From Candidatus Latescibacterota bacterium (GTDB taxonomy: Bacteria > Latescibacterota > UBA2968 > UBA8231): DNA of 64,000 bases. Every line of letters starts with the position of its first letter. Position 1 is the first letter of the stretch. Shown here one piece after another: positions 29,084 through 38,113 of this stretch. The translations under genes and the position numbers were made by a program. The DNA lies in assembly GCA_963422735.1 (NCBI GenBank), contig OY730476.1:3776001-3840000 (forward strand), written 5' to 3'. The notes under the pieces are model-generated. The model ran no database searches, had not been told where the DNA came from, and saw only the letters and a program-made list of their open reading frames with translations.

Positions 29084-29110
29084 GCTCAGTTTTCCGCGTT
29101 TAAATGGGCA

Positions 29111-31018
29111 TTAATAGGCCACGTGGATCAGGCGCATGCGGTTGACTTCGTCGGCCGCCGCTTCTATCGAGGCTCTTGCGATATAGGTCCCTGGTGGCAC
29201 CAGATCGCCGGCATTGTTCGTTCCGTCCCAGTGCCACTGGGTATAACGTCCGGCGGTCAGCGCATCGGAAAGCACGTTTTTTATTAAGCGACCCGAAAGA
29301 TCGTATACGAGCAGTTCCGCAGCGACGGACTGCACTAAATGGATGAGCACAAAAGAGAAGACGGACGAATCGTTTATGCCATCGCCATTGGGCGTTATAG
29401 CCGGCGGAGAAACGGCAAAGGACTGTAGTACGCTTTCGCCGCTGGCGAGGAAAATTACCTCCTGCGAATCCGTGCCTACTTCCCGCGTTGCGTCGCCCTC
29501 GGCAATGCGCTGGGGAAGGCTGCCCATCGTATCCAGAAGCTGTCCTATAAACTGGGTGGAAAAGAGCAGAGCCTGCGAGCGAAACGTAATCCGCAGACGC
29601 CCGTCTTCTCCTGTACTAATGCGCCGGGACGGGAAATAAACGCGCAAACCCGTATCGTCCACGCGTACGCTATCCGGCTGTATCTCCTCCAACTCGTGCC
29701 CCATTTCTAGTTTGAGAAACTCGGGCTGTATCAGCGTCGAGATATGCACGCCGTCAAAGCCCGTTCCCTCGCCCAAGTCGGCCTTTATGTCGTAGGTAAA
29801 AACCGTATCTCGACCGGCCGGAACGGACGCACGCCCACCGGCCGGAAAGGGATCGTCCAATAGAGCCACTTCGCTCAATGCCAGCGCGGCCAGTGGCGGC
29901 GTATGTACGATGGCTAGGCTATTGACCTGCATGCTGGCGGAGGTATTGCCCTCAAAGCGCAGGCGCACCTGGAAAAAATCGCGCGGCCCCGGCAGATCCA
30001 GCGGAATGGAGTACGTACCGCTGGAGTCGGCGATGAGCGGCTCCGTCCAGGAGGACCAGTGCGTGGCATCCGGGCGAATGCTGCCCTTGAGGATTGACGG
30101 CAGCTCGTCGTAATCTTCTTTGCTGACCAACGCTTCCGACTGGGTCTCTACGTCGGCTATCTGGTAATAATCGAGAGGCGTTTCGTCAACGCCGTTGCGT
30201 ATCTGCACGATCACCCGCACTTGCTCATCGGTGCCCGCGCTGCTTTCGCCTTCCTTGGACAGCGAAACTTTGCGCACGCGAAAAGTCAATGCACCGTAGT
30301 TGACAGGCTGTGCAAGCTGGATGAGCTGTGTTTCGTAGAGCCCACGCGGCACAAAGCCTTCGCCGTGTACCTCGATTTCCGCCAGTTCAAAGGGGTTCGA
30401 TGAAAGCACTCTGAGCTGAATAAAGCGCACCAGTTGAGTCGGGAAGCGCACATCCACTCTTGGATCGCGGTTGATAGTCACTTGGCGAACGGCCTCGTAA
30501 ACGGGCGAGTCATTGGCGTCGAAAGTGCGCCCGTCATTGCGTGATATCTCGTAGCCGGCGACGAACTCATCCTCTCCTTCACGGGGGTAAAAAACAACTT
30601 GGCTAACTGGGAACGAAGCTCCGAGATCCAGAAAAAAAATGCGTCCGCGCTGATTGACCCCCACTTCCTTAAAGCGATTTTCCGTGCTGGTCGTGCCATC
30701 CCCGTCCACTAGGACTTCAGACCCCTCAATGCCCAATGCCGAATTGTTCCACACCTGTCCGTTGCCCTCGGCGATAAAGCTGCTGGGTGCGCCGACTCCC
30801 CAGACTATAAACTGAGTTATATTTTGATCGAGTGAAAAGCTGGCCGGTCCCAAGGCCTGTCCTTCGCCTACGACTACCCCTGCCATAGTCTGCGCTGGCT
30901 CTTCCCAGGCTTGCCCATCTAGGCCGACTCCCCAGACATCGGCTCGCAGTTCCGCCGTTCCAATCCAGAACGACAGGATCAGCCCGACCAAAACAGTTCG
31001 CCTAAAGGAAGCCATCAT
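29111..31018 (-). CDS. Secreted protein with C-terminal FlgD-Ig/CHU_C-like domain (paralogue 1)
   Basis: Signal peptide; FFLDLG, AEIEVHGEGFV, WSSWTEP; ITPNGDGIND..VYDLSGR..WDGTNNAGDLVPPGTY..IHVAY. Confidence 0.85.
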   Translation of the reverse strand: MMASFRRTVLVGLILSFWIGTAELRADVWGVGLDGQAWEEPAQTMAGVVVGEGQALGPASFSLDQNITQFIVWGVGAPSSFIAEGNGQVWNNSALGIEGSEVLVDGDGTTSTENRFKEVGVNQRGRIFFLDLGASFPVSQVVFYPREGEDEFVAGYEISRNDGRTFDANDSPVYEAVRQVTINRDPRVDVRFPTQLVRFIQLRVLSSNPFELAEIEVHGEGFVPRGLYETQLIQLAQPVNYGALTFRVRKVSLSKEGESSAGTDEQVRVIVQIRNGVDETPLDYYQIADVETQSEALVSKEDYDELPSILKGSIRPDATHWSSWTEPLIADSSGTYSIPLDLPGPRDFFQVRLRFEGNTSASMQVNSLAIVHTPPLAALALSEVALLDDPFPAGGRASVPAGRDTVFTYDIKADLGEGTGFDGVHISTLIQPEFLKLEMGHELEEIQPDSVRVDDTGLRVYFPSRRISTGEDGRLRITFRSQALLFSTQFIGQLLDTMGSLPQRIAEGDATREVGTDSQEVIFLASGESVLQSFAVSPPAITPNGDGINDSSVFSFVLIHLVQSVAAELLVYDLSGRLIKNVLSDALTAGRYTQWHWDGTNNAGDLVPPGTYIARASIEAAADEVNRMRLIHVAY

Positions 31019-31746
31019 TGCTTATTCACCAGTTCGGGCGGTGGCTGAAACCCCTTAAACACCTCGCGCTGAAAGTGAAAGGTCAGATCCTTGGTCTCCA
31101 CGGGCTCGTTGCGGTAATTGTATCGCAATGCAATGTCCCTAACGTGGATAGAAAACTCCGTCACGTCGGGTGCCAAGCTCGGAAAAACGACAAAGCCCTC
31201 TGCCTCCTGACCGCTGAAGACGATCTGCTCCTGAAACATAGTACGCTCGAGCACGTCTTCGCGCTCGTTAAAGCGCCGGTATTCGTTGCCGGCATATCCC
31301 TGAATAAACGAATAGTAGTATTCTAGGATCTGCAACAGTTCTAAAGGCGCGTACTTGCGATACCCATCCTTTGAAACTAGCTCGATCTTGAGGGGATCGA
31401 CACCGACTTTGGGGTAGGCGTAGTTTTTAACTTTTAGCAGCCATACGCTGTGTTTGGGCGGCGTCCACTCTTCGCCCATGCGCTTCCAGTCGCCAAAAGT
31501 ATAGGGATTGGTGGATACGGGCCCCTGCGTGGAGTGCTGTGGGAATTTGCGGTTCAATTCGGCGTCGGTCATGGGGCGCAGACCGATCTCCAGACGCTCG
31601 AACGAATAGGTGATCAAGCCATCGTCTTTAATCACCATATCGGCCTCCTGTTGTCCCTGCGGAGTTGGTTGAATTGGCCCATCGAAATAACGTCCACATC
31701 CTGCCAACATCACTAGGAAACAAAGCCACGCACCGAACCGTATCAT
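31015..31746 (-). CDS. Lipoprotein of unknown function
   Basis: MIRFGAWLCFLVMLAGC lipobox; NPYTFGDW and G.VVFP.L motifs; stop overlaps the next start. Confidence 0.8.
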   Translation of the reverse strand: MIRFGAWLCFLVMLAGCGRYFDGPIQPTPQGQQEADMVIKDDGLITYSFERLEIGLRPMTDAELNRKFPQHSTQGPVSTNPYTFGDWKRMGEEWTPPKHSVWLLKVKNYAYPKVGVDPLKIELVSKDGYRKYAPLELLQILEYYYSFIQGYAGNEYRRFNEREDVLERTMFQEQIVFSGQEAEGFVVFPSLAPDVTEFSIHVRDIALRYNYRNEPVETKDLTFHFQREVFKGFQPPPELVNKQ

Positions 31747-31836
31747 CGCGTTAACCTCGGGAAGTGTACATTGCACTGGCGGTTCTTGGGCGGCGGCAGA
31801 TGCCGCCGCCCAAGCTGTGGTCAAAGGACCGTTCGG

Positions 31837-32763
31837 TTAGTCTTTGAAGGTCGCTTTGATTTTTGCCCAGCTCTCGGATTCCACTGCGGTGCCCCCGCTG
31901 TCGGCGCGATCGTACTCGTCCTCGCCAAGCAGCGTATATTCCGAGCAGACATCACAGTTGCCCGAAGCGCCGTCCTCGCCGGTCGTTGCTAGCTGATGCG
32001 TGCGGCGGTCTTCGGGATTATCCGCCTCGTTCAACTGATAGGTCAGGCGGATGATCTGCCCAGCCTCGTTTTCGTGGCGGATGCTGTTATCCGCACCGTC
32101 CAACGACGCGTAATCCCAGAGGGGAAGGCTGTACTCGTAGTTGACCGTGACGTTGGTCGAACCCGTGGTCGCTCCCGGAGGATTGGTCGTCACTCTGGAC
32201 TCGGCGAACTCGTCCATCCAGTGGATTTCCTCGACCACCTGCCAGCGCAACCACCACGATCCGTCGCCGCCATAGGGCGTTTCATACACGCCGGGAACAG
32301 GCAGGTGCATGGTAAACTGCTGCCCCTCGGCACGCGTACCCGACTCGCCGTCGCCGTCGTGCGGACCGCCGCTGGCGTTGGCGTCGGTGATGATCTCGAG
32401 ATCATCGTCGCGCCAGCCGTCGTCAAAGACGTCCGAGGTGGCGACTAGAGTATCGTCAGTGGCGCGTACAAATCCGTAGAGCTTGTTGTCTCGGTCCGTG
32501 CCTGTCCACGCCGTCATAATGGCCACGTCGAGGTCGCTCTTGTCCAGCTCTTCGGCCTTCTGGATTTCGTACATCTCGTCGGGACCAACGGTGAAATTGG
32601 CGTCGAACCACGCCCAGTCGCTATCGTCGCCATCAATGGTGATGGTGACATCAGCAGGCACCTCTAAGGCAAAGTAGCCAATGCCGTTGGCATTGGACTG
32701 GCCCCAGGCGAAACTCGCCAGTACCACGGACAACATCGCTGCTATGAGTGCGTTTTTGCACAT
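31837..32763 (-). CDS. Secreted acidic CBM9/DOMON-like protein with C-terminal TAVE-W-IK tail
   Basis: Signal peptide MCKNAL..AWG; ITIDGDDSDW, LYGFVRATDD, DDLEIITD, YEYSLP sugar-binding-fold pattern; tail TAVESESWAKIKATFKD; AAGGAG RBS. Confidence 0.75.
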   Translation of the reverse strand: MCKNALIAAMLSVVLASFAWGQSNANGIGYFALEVPADVTITIDGDDSDWAWFDANFTVGPDEMYEIQKAEELDKSDLDVAIMTAWTGTDRDNKLYGFVRATDDTLVATSDVFDDGWRDDDLEIITDANASGGPHDGDGESGTRAEGQQFTMHLPVPGVYETPYGGDGSWWLRWQVVEEIHWMDEFAESRVTTNPPGATTGSTNVTVNYEYSLPLWDYASLDGADNSIRHENEAGQIIRLTYQLNEADNPEDRRTHQLATTGEDGASGNCDVCSEYTLLGEDEYDRADSGGTAVESESWAKIKATFKD

Positions 32764-32914
32764 ACTTTTCTCCTTATCTGCCTTATCTGATGGAATTAGA
32801 GATATTGCTCTTTCTGCTCCTACAGTTGCAGTTGCGAACGCTGTATCCATTCACCTCCTTCCGCATTTAGAGTAGAGAACTCTGGGCTCGTCTAGGCGTA
32901 GAAACGCAGAGCCG

Positions 32915-34591
32915 CTATTTTTCTAGGTTAGAAAGGGCCTGTTCATCGATAACTATCTCAATCCTATATTTATGCCTCAACTCATCTAGATAACTATTAA
33001 AATCTTCTTCAATCGCGTACCGATGGGAGTAGCGCAATTGACGCCATATTCTGGACTGCACCTTGGGTGCAGAAAAAGAGAGGGTCTTTTCCGGGCGCAT
33101 TGCCAGCACTTCGAGCACGAGATACCCCTTCATATTGCCGCTCAACTGGATGGGGAGCGGTCCCTTGATGCCGCCAGCCGGTACGCCCCGCACAGCCTGG
33201 ATCATGGTGGCCATAGCACCTTGGGCTGTCGCTGTGTCAGCCAGCGTGAAGTTAAATATGTCGAACTGACGTACGCGTCCTTTGAATGCCGGATACTCGC
33301 GCATGATCTCGGCCATATCCTCGCCGGTGCCTACGCGTTGGGCGATGGCGTACGAAGCCGTTTCCGAATCGACTAATGCACCGGCAAAAAACGTGCGCAC
33401 CGGCAGAGTGAATTCCCCTGATAGGTCCCGATATAGAGTGCGCCGCTGTTCCTCTGTGACGAAGCGCTCTTCTACTTCCGTTCGCCGCAGCACCTCGACC
33501 ATGGCCTCTTCGCGCTTATCCCGGACGAACTGAATCACGGCTTCCTCGCGATCCAACCCCCGTTGTTGGGCCAGCAGAGGCAGCAGGATTTTGTGCAGTG
33601 CTTCGTCTTGGGCAAATTCGACCACGGCGGTGCTGTCTATGGCATGGGGACGACGCTTGGGTTCGGCCTCCTCTACCAAAGCTATATACGCGTTCAGGTC
33701 AATGCTCCCTCCACTATAGCGTAGCAGGATGCGTGCGTGGTCTCCTGCCTCTAGCATGGGCACACCGCCTTCAGCCAATCGCCCCCGCTGCAGCAATACG
33801 CCCAATGCCTGTACATCTACTGAAAAACCAAAGTGCGTTTTCTGGTCGGCTAAATATTTGGACCAGCGATCTTTTTTTTGCTGCTTTTCCAGCGTTTGGC
33901 GCAGCATCTTCTTTTGGCGCTCAAAACTGATGTAGCGCTCTTCAGCGGCCTTGATCAGGTGGTAGGTTCCCTGCGAGTTGTGGTACGGTTCGGACACTTG
34001 GCCGATCTGCAGGCGAAAAAGCTCGGTGACGAACCCGCTGTGCTGTGCTTCTTCCTCTTGCCAGAAACCCGTGTCCCCACCCTTGACCGCCGATGTGCGA
34101 TCGAGGGACTGCTCGTGCGCTAGTATCGCAAAATCGGCACCTTGCCGTAGCTGCTCTTGCACGGCCCGGGCTTCTTCGAGACTGCCTACCTGAATATGAC
34201 TCGCCCGCACTTCCCGCTTTTTGTGTAATCCGCTCTGATGGAAATGCAACCGGAGTTCCTCTTCCGATATAGAAACATCTCCCGTGACTTCCCCGTACAG
34301 ACGCTCGACCAGCCTCCGGTTGCACACCTGTTGTACGCTTGCGACCACGTCGGGGTGCTGATCCAAACTCTTCGCCTTGGCCTCTAAGACCAGAATCTTG
34401 CGATCGATAAAAGGCTGTAGCCTTTCCCGGGCATTACCCGCTGCAAACCGGCGCATATTGCGCTCGGCGCGGAGCAAGTCATCTACCAGAATGACCCCGC
34501 TCCCGACTCTGGCTAGCACGGCTGAATTCACAGCCCATAAATCGACAGCCATCAGCCCGACAAGCGCCGTCACGACCCAGCAGGTAGCCAT
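32915..34591 (-). CDS. SurA/PpiC (parvulin)-type peptidyl-prolyl isomerase / chaperone
   Basis: VLARVG, EVRASHIQV, GADFA.LA...SLD..SA.KGGD.G, QVSEP, YHLIK; a second degenerate parvulin module. Confidence 0.88.
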   Translation of the reverse strand: MATCWVVTALVGLMAVDLWAVNSAVLARVGSGVILVDDLLRAERNMRRFAAGNARERLQPFIDRKILVLEAKAKSLDQHPDVVASVQQVCNRRLVERLYGEVTGDVSISEEELRLHFHQSGLHKKREVRASHIQVGSLEEARAVQEQLRQGADFAILAHEQSLDRTSAVKGGDTGFWQEEEAQHSGFVTELFRLQIGQVSEPYHNSQGTYHLIKAAEERYISFERQKKMLRQTLEKQQKKDRWSKYLADQKTHFGFSVDVQALGVLLQRGRLAEGGVPMLEAGDHARILLRYSGGSIDLNAYIALVEEAEPKRRPHAIDSTAVVEFAQDEALHKILLPLLAQQRGLDREEAVIQFVRDKREEAMVEVLRRTEVEERFVTEEQRRTLYRDLSGEFTLPVRTFFAGALVDSETASYAIAQRVGTGEDMAEIMREYPAFKGRVRQFDIFNFTLADTATAQGAMATMIQAVRGVPAGGIKGPLPIQLSGNMKGYLVLEVLAMRPEKTLSFSAPKVQSRIWRQLRYSHRYAIEEDFNSYLDELRHKYRIEIVIDEQALSNLEK

Positions 34592-34915
34592 CTGTCCGGC
34601 GCAAACCGGCCCCTTTTTGTCGTAACCAATCCAATGCTCATAAAGCAGTTATGTTCTATATACAGCATACAGCATACAGCCTGTGAATGCCCGTCTTATA
34701 CAGGGTTTTCGACATCGAAGGTGAAAAGCATGAATAGTTAAGAAAAGGCCCTGTGTCAAGCGGCTTCTTCCATGTCGAGATATCAAGCCGAGTTGTTACC
34801 TTGTTCAATATGTGCGTTAATAACAAACCCGTTCGGTCAACATTGCGTTTCCGGCTCATTTTAAAGGCCAACGGGCCTAGCATATAACTCGATATTTTTT
34901 GTCTTGTACTGTGCC

Positions 34916-36484
34916 CTAAGTGTGAGCTTGCTCTAAGGCAGCGTACTCGCCGATGATCCCATCGTACGCGGCTACGGCCTTTGGCTCCGGTTCGATGGTC
35001 GATCCGGCGACCGGCTGCGCGAATGGCTCGATAACTTCCGCCCACGAGAGTGCGTGGCCGGCTGCGGATTGATGGGCGTGAGCGGCGCGCAAGGCAGCAC
35101 CTAGAGCCGCTGAATTAGTGGTCGCGAAGCGGTGGACCGGGCAGTTGTGGACATTGGCGAAGACGCGGAGAATTTCGGCGTTGGCCGAAGCGCCGCCGGT
35201 GACGTAGAGCGAGGAAATTTCTACTCCCATCCAGCGTGCGTGGATGCGCGAGGAAAGGGCTTGGGCCTCGATGACGGCGCGGACATTGGCCGGCGCGTCC
35301 GCCGGGTTGAGTTGGGCGCGGACCACCTTGGGCTGTGGTACCTTGGGGACGATTTCCGGCGCGAAGTAAGGAAGCATGAGTGCGCCGTTGTTGCCCGGCG
35401 GCGTGGCGTGCAAGGCTTGGGTAAACTGCTGCCAGTTCATGCCGTATTGGTCTCGCACAGCCTCGCGGGCCAAGCTGCCGTTGAGATAGCACGTCAGGGC
35501 CATGTAGTGCTCGCCGTCGGGCGAGGCAAAGACTGCGCCTTCGCCGGTTTTTGAGGTGCGCGGCTGATCCATGCAGGCAAACAAGGTATCCGACGTACCT
35601 AAGCTCAGGGCTACTTGGCCCGGGGCGACGAGACCGAGGCCGATGAGGCTGCACGGATTGTCGCCCGAAAAAGGCAACACGAGGCAGTTTTCTGCAAAGC
35701 CGTAGCGACCCACGTGATAAGGGCTGATGGGGCCGACGGGCTGGCCGGAGGGGGCGATGGGCAGGAGTTTGGCGGCTAGGTCGTCGGCCGTAGCGTCGAG
35801 CGCACGTGCGCTCCATTGGTATGCGGCAATGTCCATCATGTTGGTGCCGCTGCCGTCGCCTGGGTCAACGCCGACGAGTTGTCCAGCGAGCAGGCTAGCG
35901 ACATAGGAGCTGACCAAGCCGATATACGCAGTGTCCGCGTACGCAGCGGGTTCGGTCTGGTAAAACTTGCGGATCTGCGGACCGCTGAACCGCTCAAAGG
36001 CCGCGTTGCCCGTGAGCGCGAGCAGGCTTTCGCGGCCGCCGACGCCCGCTTCGATCTCGGCGCATTGCGAGGTCGTGGAAGTGTCCATCCAGATGGGGGC
36101 GGTTGGGCGGGCGAAGATGGCGGCGAGCTGATCTTTGAGCGGCTGGCCGGGCGACAGACGCGCTAAGGCCGGGCCAGCACTGGCGTTGAGATAGACGGTG
36201 CCGTGCTGCTGCCCGCTGCCGCCGACGGCCCGCACTGCGCCGAGATCGTGGCCTTGGTCGGCGAATGTTTGCAGGAGCAGGTCCAGCGCTTCGGCCCACA
36301 TCAGGGGTGCGCTGTGGATTGCGCCCCCGCCGAGATCGAAGACGCCGTTGACGACTCCATAAGCGGCTTTGAAATGCTCGTCGAAGTTGATGGACACTTT
36401 GGCGACAATGGCGCGCTGCTCCGCATCGATGAGCAGGCCGGTGATGGATTGGGTGCTAGAGTCGATGCCCAGATACTTGCTCAT
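34916..36484 (-). CDS. xylB: Xylulose kinase (FGGY family, eukaryote-like subtype)
   Basis: YLGIDSSTQS, GSGQQHGTVY, PIWMDTST..QC, ERFSGPQIRK, GDNPCSL, SLGTSDT, NGSLARE, VTGGASAN. Confidence 0.85.
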   Translation of the reverse strand: MSKYLGIDSSTQSITGLLIDAEQRAIVAKVSINFDEHFKAAYGVVNGVFDLGGGAIHSAPLMWAEALDLLLQTFADQGHDLGAVRAVGGSGQQHGTVYLNASAGPALARLSPGQPLKDQLAAIFARPTAPIWMDTSTTSQCAEIEAGVGGRESLLALTGNAAFERFSGPQIRKFYQTEPAAYADTAYIGLVSSYVASLLAGQLVGVDPGDGSGTNMMDIAAYQWSARALDATADDLAAKLLPIAPSGQPVGPISPYHVGRYGFAENCLVLPFSGDNPCSLIGLGLVAPGQVALSLGTSDTLFACMDQPRTSKTGEGAVFASPDGEHYMALTCYLNGSLAREAVRDQYGMNWQQFTQALHATPPGNNGALMLPYFAPEIVPKVPQPKVVRAQLNPADAPANVRAVIEAQALSSRIHARWMGVEISSLYVTGGASANAEILRVFANVHNCPVHRFATTNSAALGAALRAAHAHQSAAGHALSWAEVIEPFAQPVAGSTIEPEPKAVAAYDGIIGEYAALEQAHT

Positions 36485-36562
36485 AGAAATGCTCCGACGT
36501 AGTTTTTATGAACTATTCACCACCAAAATTAACAAACAAACGCGCTGGGGAGAACAAAACCA

Positions 36563-37882
36563 ATGGAGGCAGTGGCGGCGCAGCCCGAAATCGCGGGGAC
36601 GCTGGCGATAGTGGACCCGGAAGTCGAGGCTATCATTCGCGCTGAAAACAGGCGTCAGCACAACAAAATTCGCCTGATCCCATCTGAAAATTATGCCAGT
36701 CAGGCCGTACTCGAAGCGACGGGTTCGATCTTGACCAACAAGTACTCCGAAGGGTACGCAGGTGCCCGCTATTACGAGGGCCAGCGAGAAATCGACAAGA
36801 TTGAGCGGCTCTGCGTCGAGCGCGCCAAGGAGGTTTTTGGGGCCGAGCACGTCAATGTGCAGCCCTATTCGGGCTCGCCGGCCAATCAGGCCGTGTACGT
36901 CGGCCTGTGCGCACCAAGCGATACGGTCATGGGCTTGGCGCTGGCGCACGGAGGCCATCTGACGCACGGCGATCGGGTCAGCATCTCGGGGATGCACTAC
37001 AAATCCGTGCAATACGGAGTGTGCCGGGACACCGGCCAGATCGACTTCGACCAAGTCGAAAAGCTGGCCAAAGAGCACCGACCTAAGCTGATCTTCTGCG
37101 GGGGCACGGCCTATCCGCGCATCGTTGACTTTGCTCGCTTTGCCGAGATCGGGCATTCGGTAGGTTCCATCGTGGTCGCCGACATCGCGCATATTGCCGG
37201 ATTGGTGGCCGCCGGGGTGCATCCCAGCCCTGTGCCACACGTGGATGTGGTAACTACTACTACTCACAAGTCGCTACGGGGGCCGCGCGGTGGGATGATC
37301 TTATGCCGGGCGCAGTACGCTGAGGCCCTCGATAAGGCGGTGTTCCCGGGATTGCAGGGTGGGCCGCACAACAGCACCACAGCGGCGATTGCCGTGGCGC
37401 TCAAGGAGGCGATGAGCGGAGAGTTTAAGCGGTATGCCCAGCAAATCGTCGCCAATGCCCAAGCCTTGGCTGCCGCTCTGTCGGCGCGGGGTTTTGCCCT
37501 CAGCTCGGGCGGCACCGACACCCACCTAATCCTCATGGACATGACCGATAAAGGCATTACTGGTTATGCGATGGCCAAGGCACTGGACGCGGCGGGCATC
37601 GTCTGCAATTTCAATCGCGTACCCTTTGATCCGCGGCCGGCGCGCAAGCCCAGCGGCATTCGCATCGGGACGCCTGCGATTACTAGCCGGGGCTTTGGCG
37701 CCGAGGAAATGAAGCGGTTGGCCGAGTGGATGGACCGGGTGGCCCAAGTCCGGGCCAATAAAGCACTGGCACTCGACGACCGAAAAGCGGAGTACTCCGA
37801 GGTAGCGGCAAAGGTGCGGGCACTTTGCGCTCGCTTCCCAGCACCCGGCTTACTCTACAACGGCGAGGGACGGCCACTCTAG
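36563..37882 (+). CDS. glyA: Serine hydroxymethyltransferase
   Basis: LIPSENY, TNKYSEGY, NVQPYSGSPAN, GGHLTHG, DIAHIAGL, TTTTHKSLRGPRGG, FPGLQGGP, SGIRIGTPA. Confidence 0.97.
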   Translation: MEAVAAQPEIAGTLAIVDPEVEAIIRAENRRQHNKIRLIPSENYASQAVLEATGSILTNKYSEGYAGARYYEGQREIDKIERLCVERAKEVFGAEHVNVQPYSGSPANQAVYVGLCAPSDTVMGLALAHGGHLTHGDRVSISGMHYKSVQYGVCRDTGQIDFDQVEKLAKEHRPKLIFCGGTAYPRIVDFARFAEIGHSVGSIVVADIAHIAGLVAAGVHPSPVPHVDVVTTTTHKSLRGPRGGMILCRAQYAEALDKAVFPGLQGGPHNSTTAAIAVALKEAMSGEFKRYAQQIVANAQALAAALSARGFALSSGGTDTHLILMDMTDKGITGYAMAKALDAAGIVCNFNRVPFDPRPARKPSGIRIGTPAITSRGFGAEEMKRLAEWMDRVAQVRANKALALDDRKAEYSEVAAKVRALCARFPAPGLLYNGEGRPL

Positions 37883-37923
37883 GTCTATTTATCGGACTTT
37901 CCTAGAATAAGGACTGTTTAATC

Positions 37924-37964
37924 AGTGGTTAGTGGTTAGTGGTTAGTGGTTAGTGGTTAGTGGT
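37924..37964. repeat. Heptamer tandem array (AGTGGTT)x~6, reverse complement of the 12425 array
   Basis: Five perfect units plus one partial unit, between glyA and the SelA-like gene. Confidence 0.95.
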
Positions 37965-38113
37965 CCGTACCATCCGCCCCCTTGGCGACGGGTCCCGGAA
38001 CATCGACGCGGGGGGCCGCGCTGGTCCGGACGAGGGCTACGGGCCAGCCGAGTGAAACCGCCTACATGAAACCTGAATGCCCAACCGTACACTAGGAAAT
38101 TCCGTTATTTATA

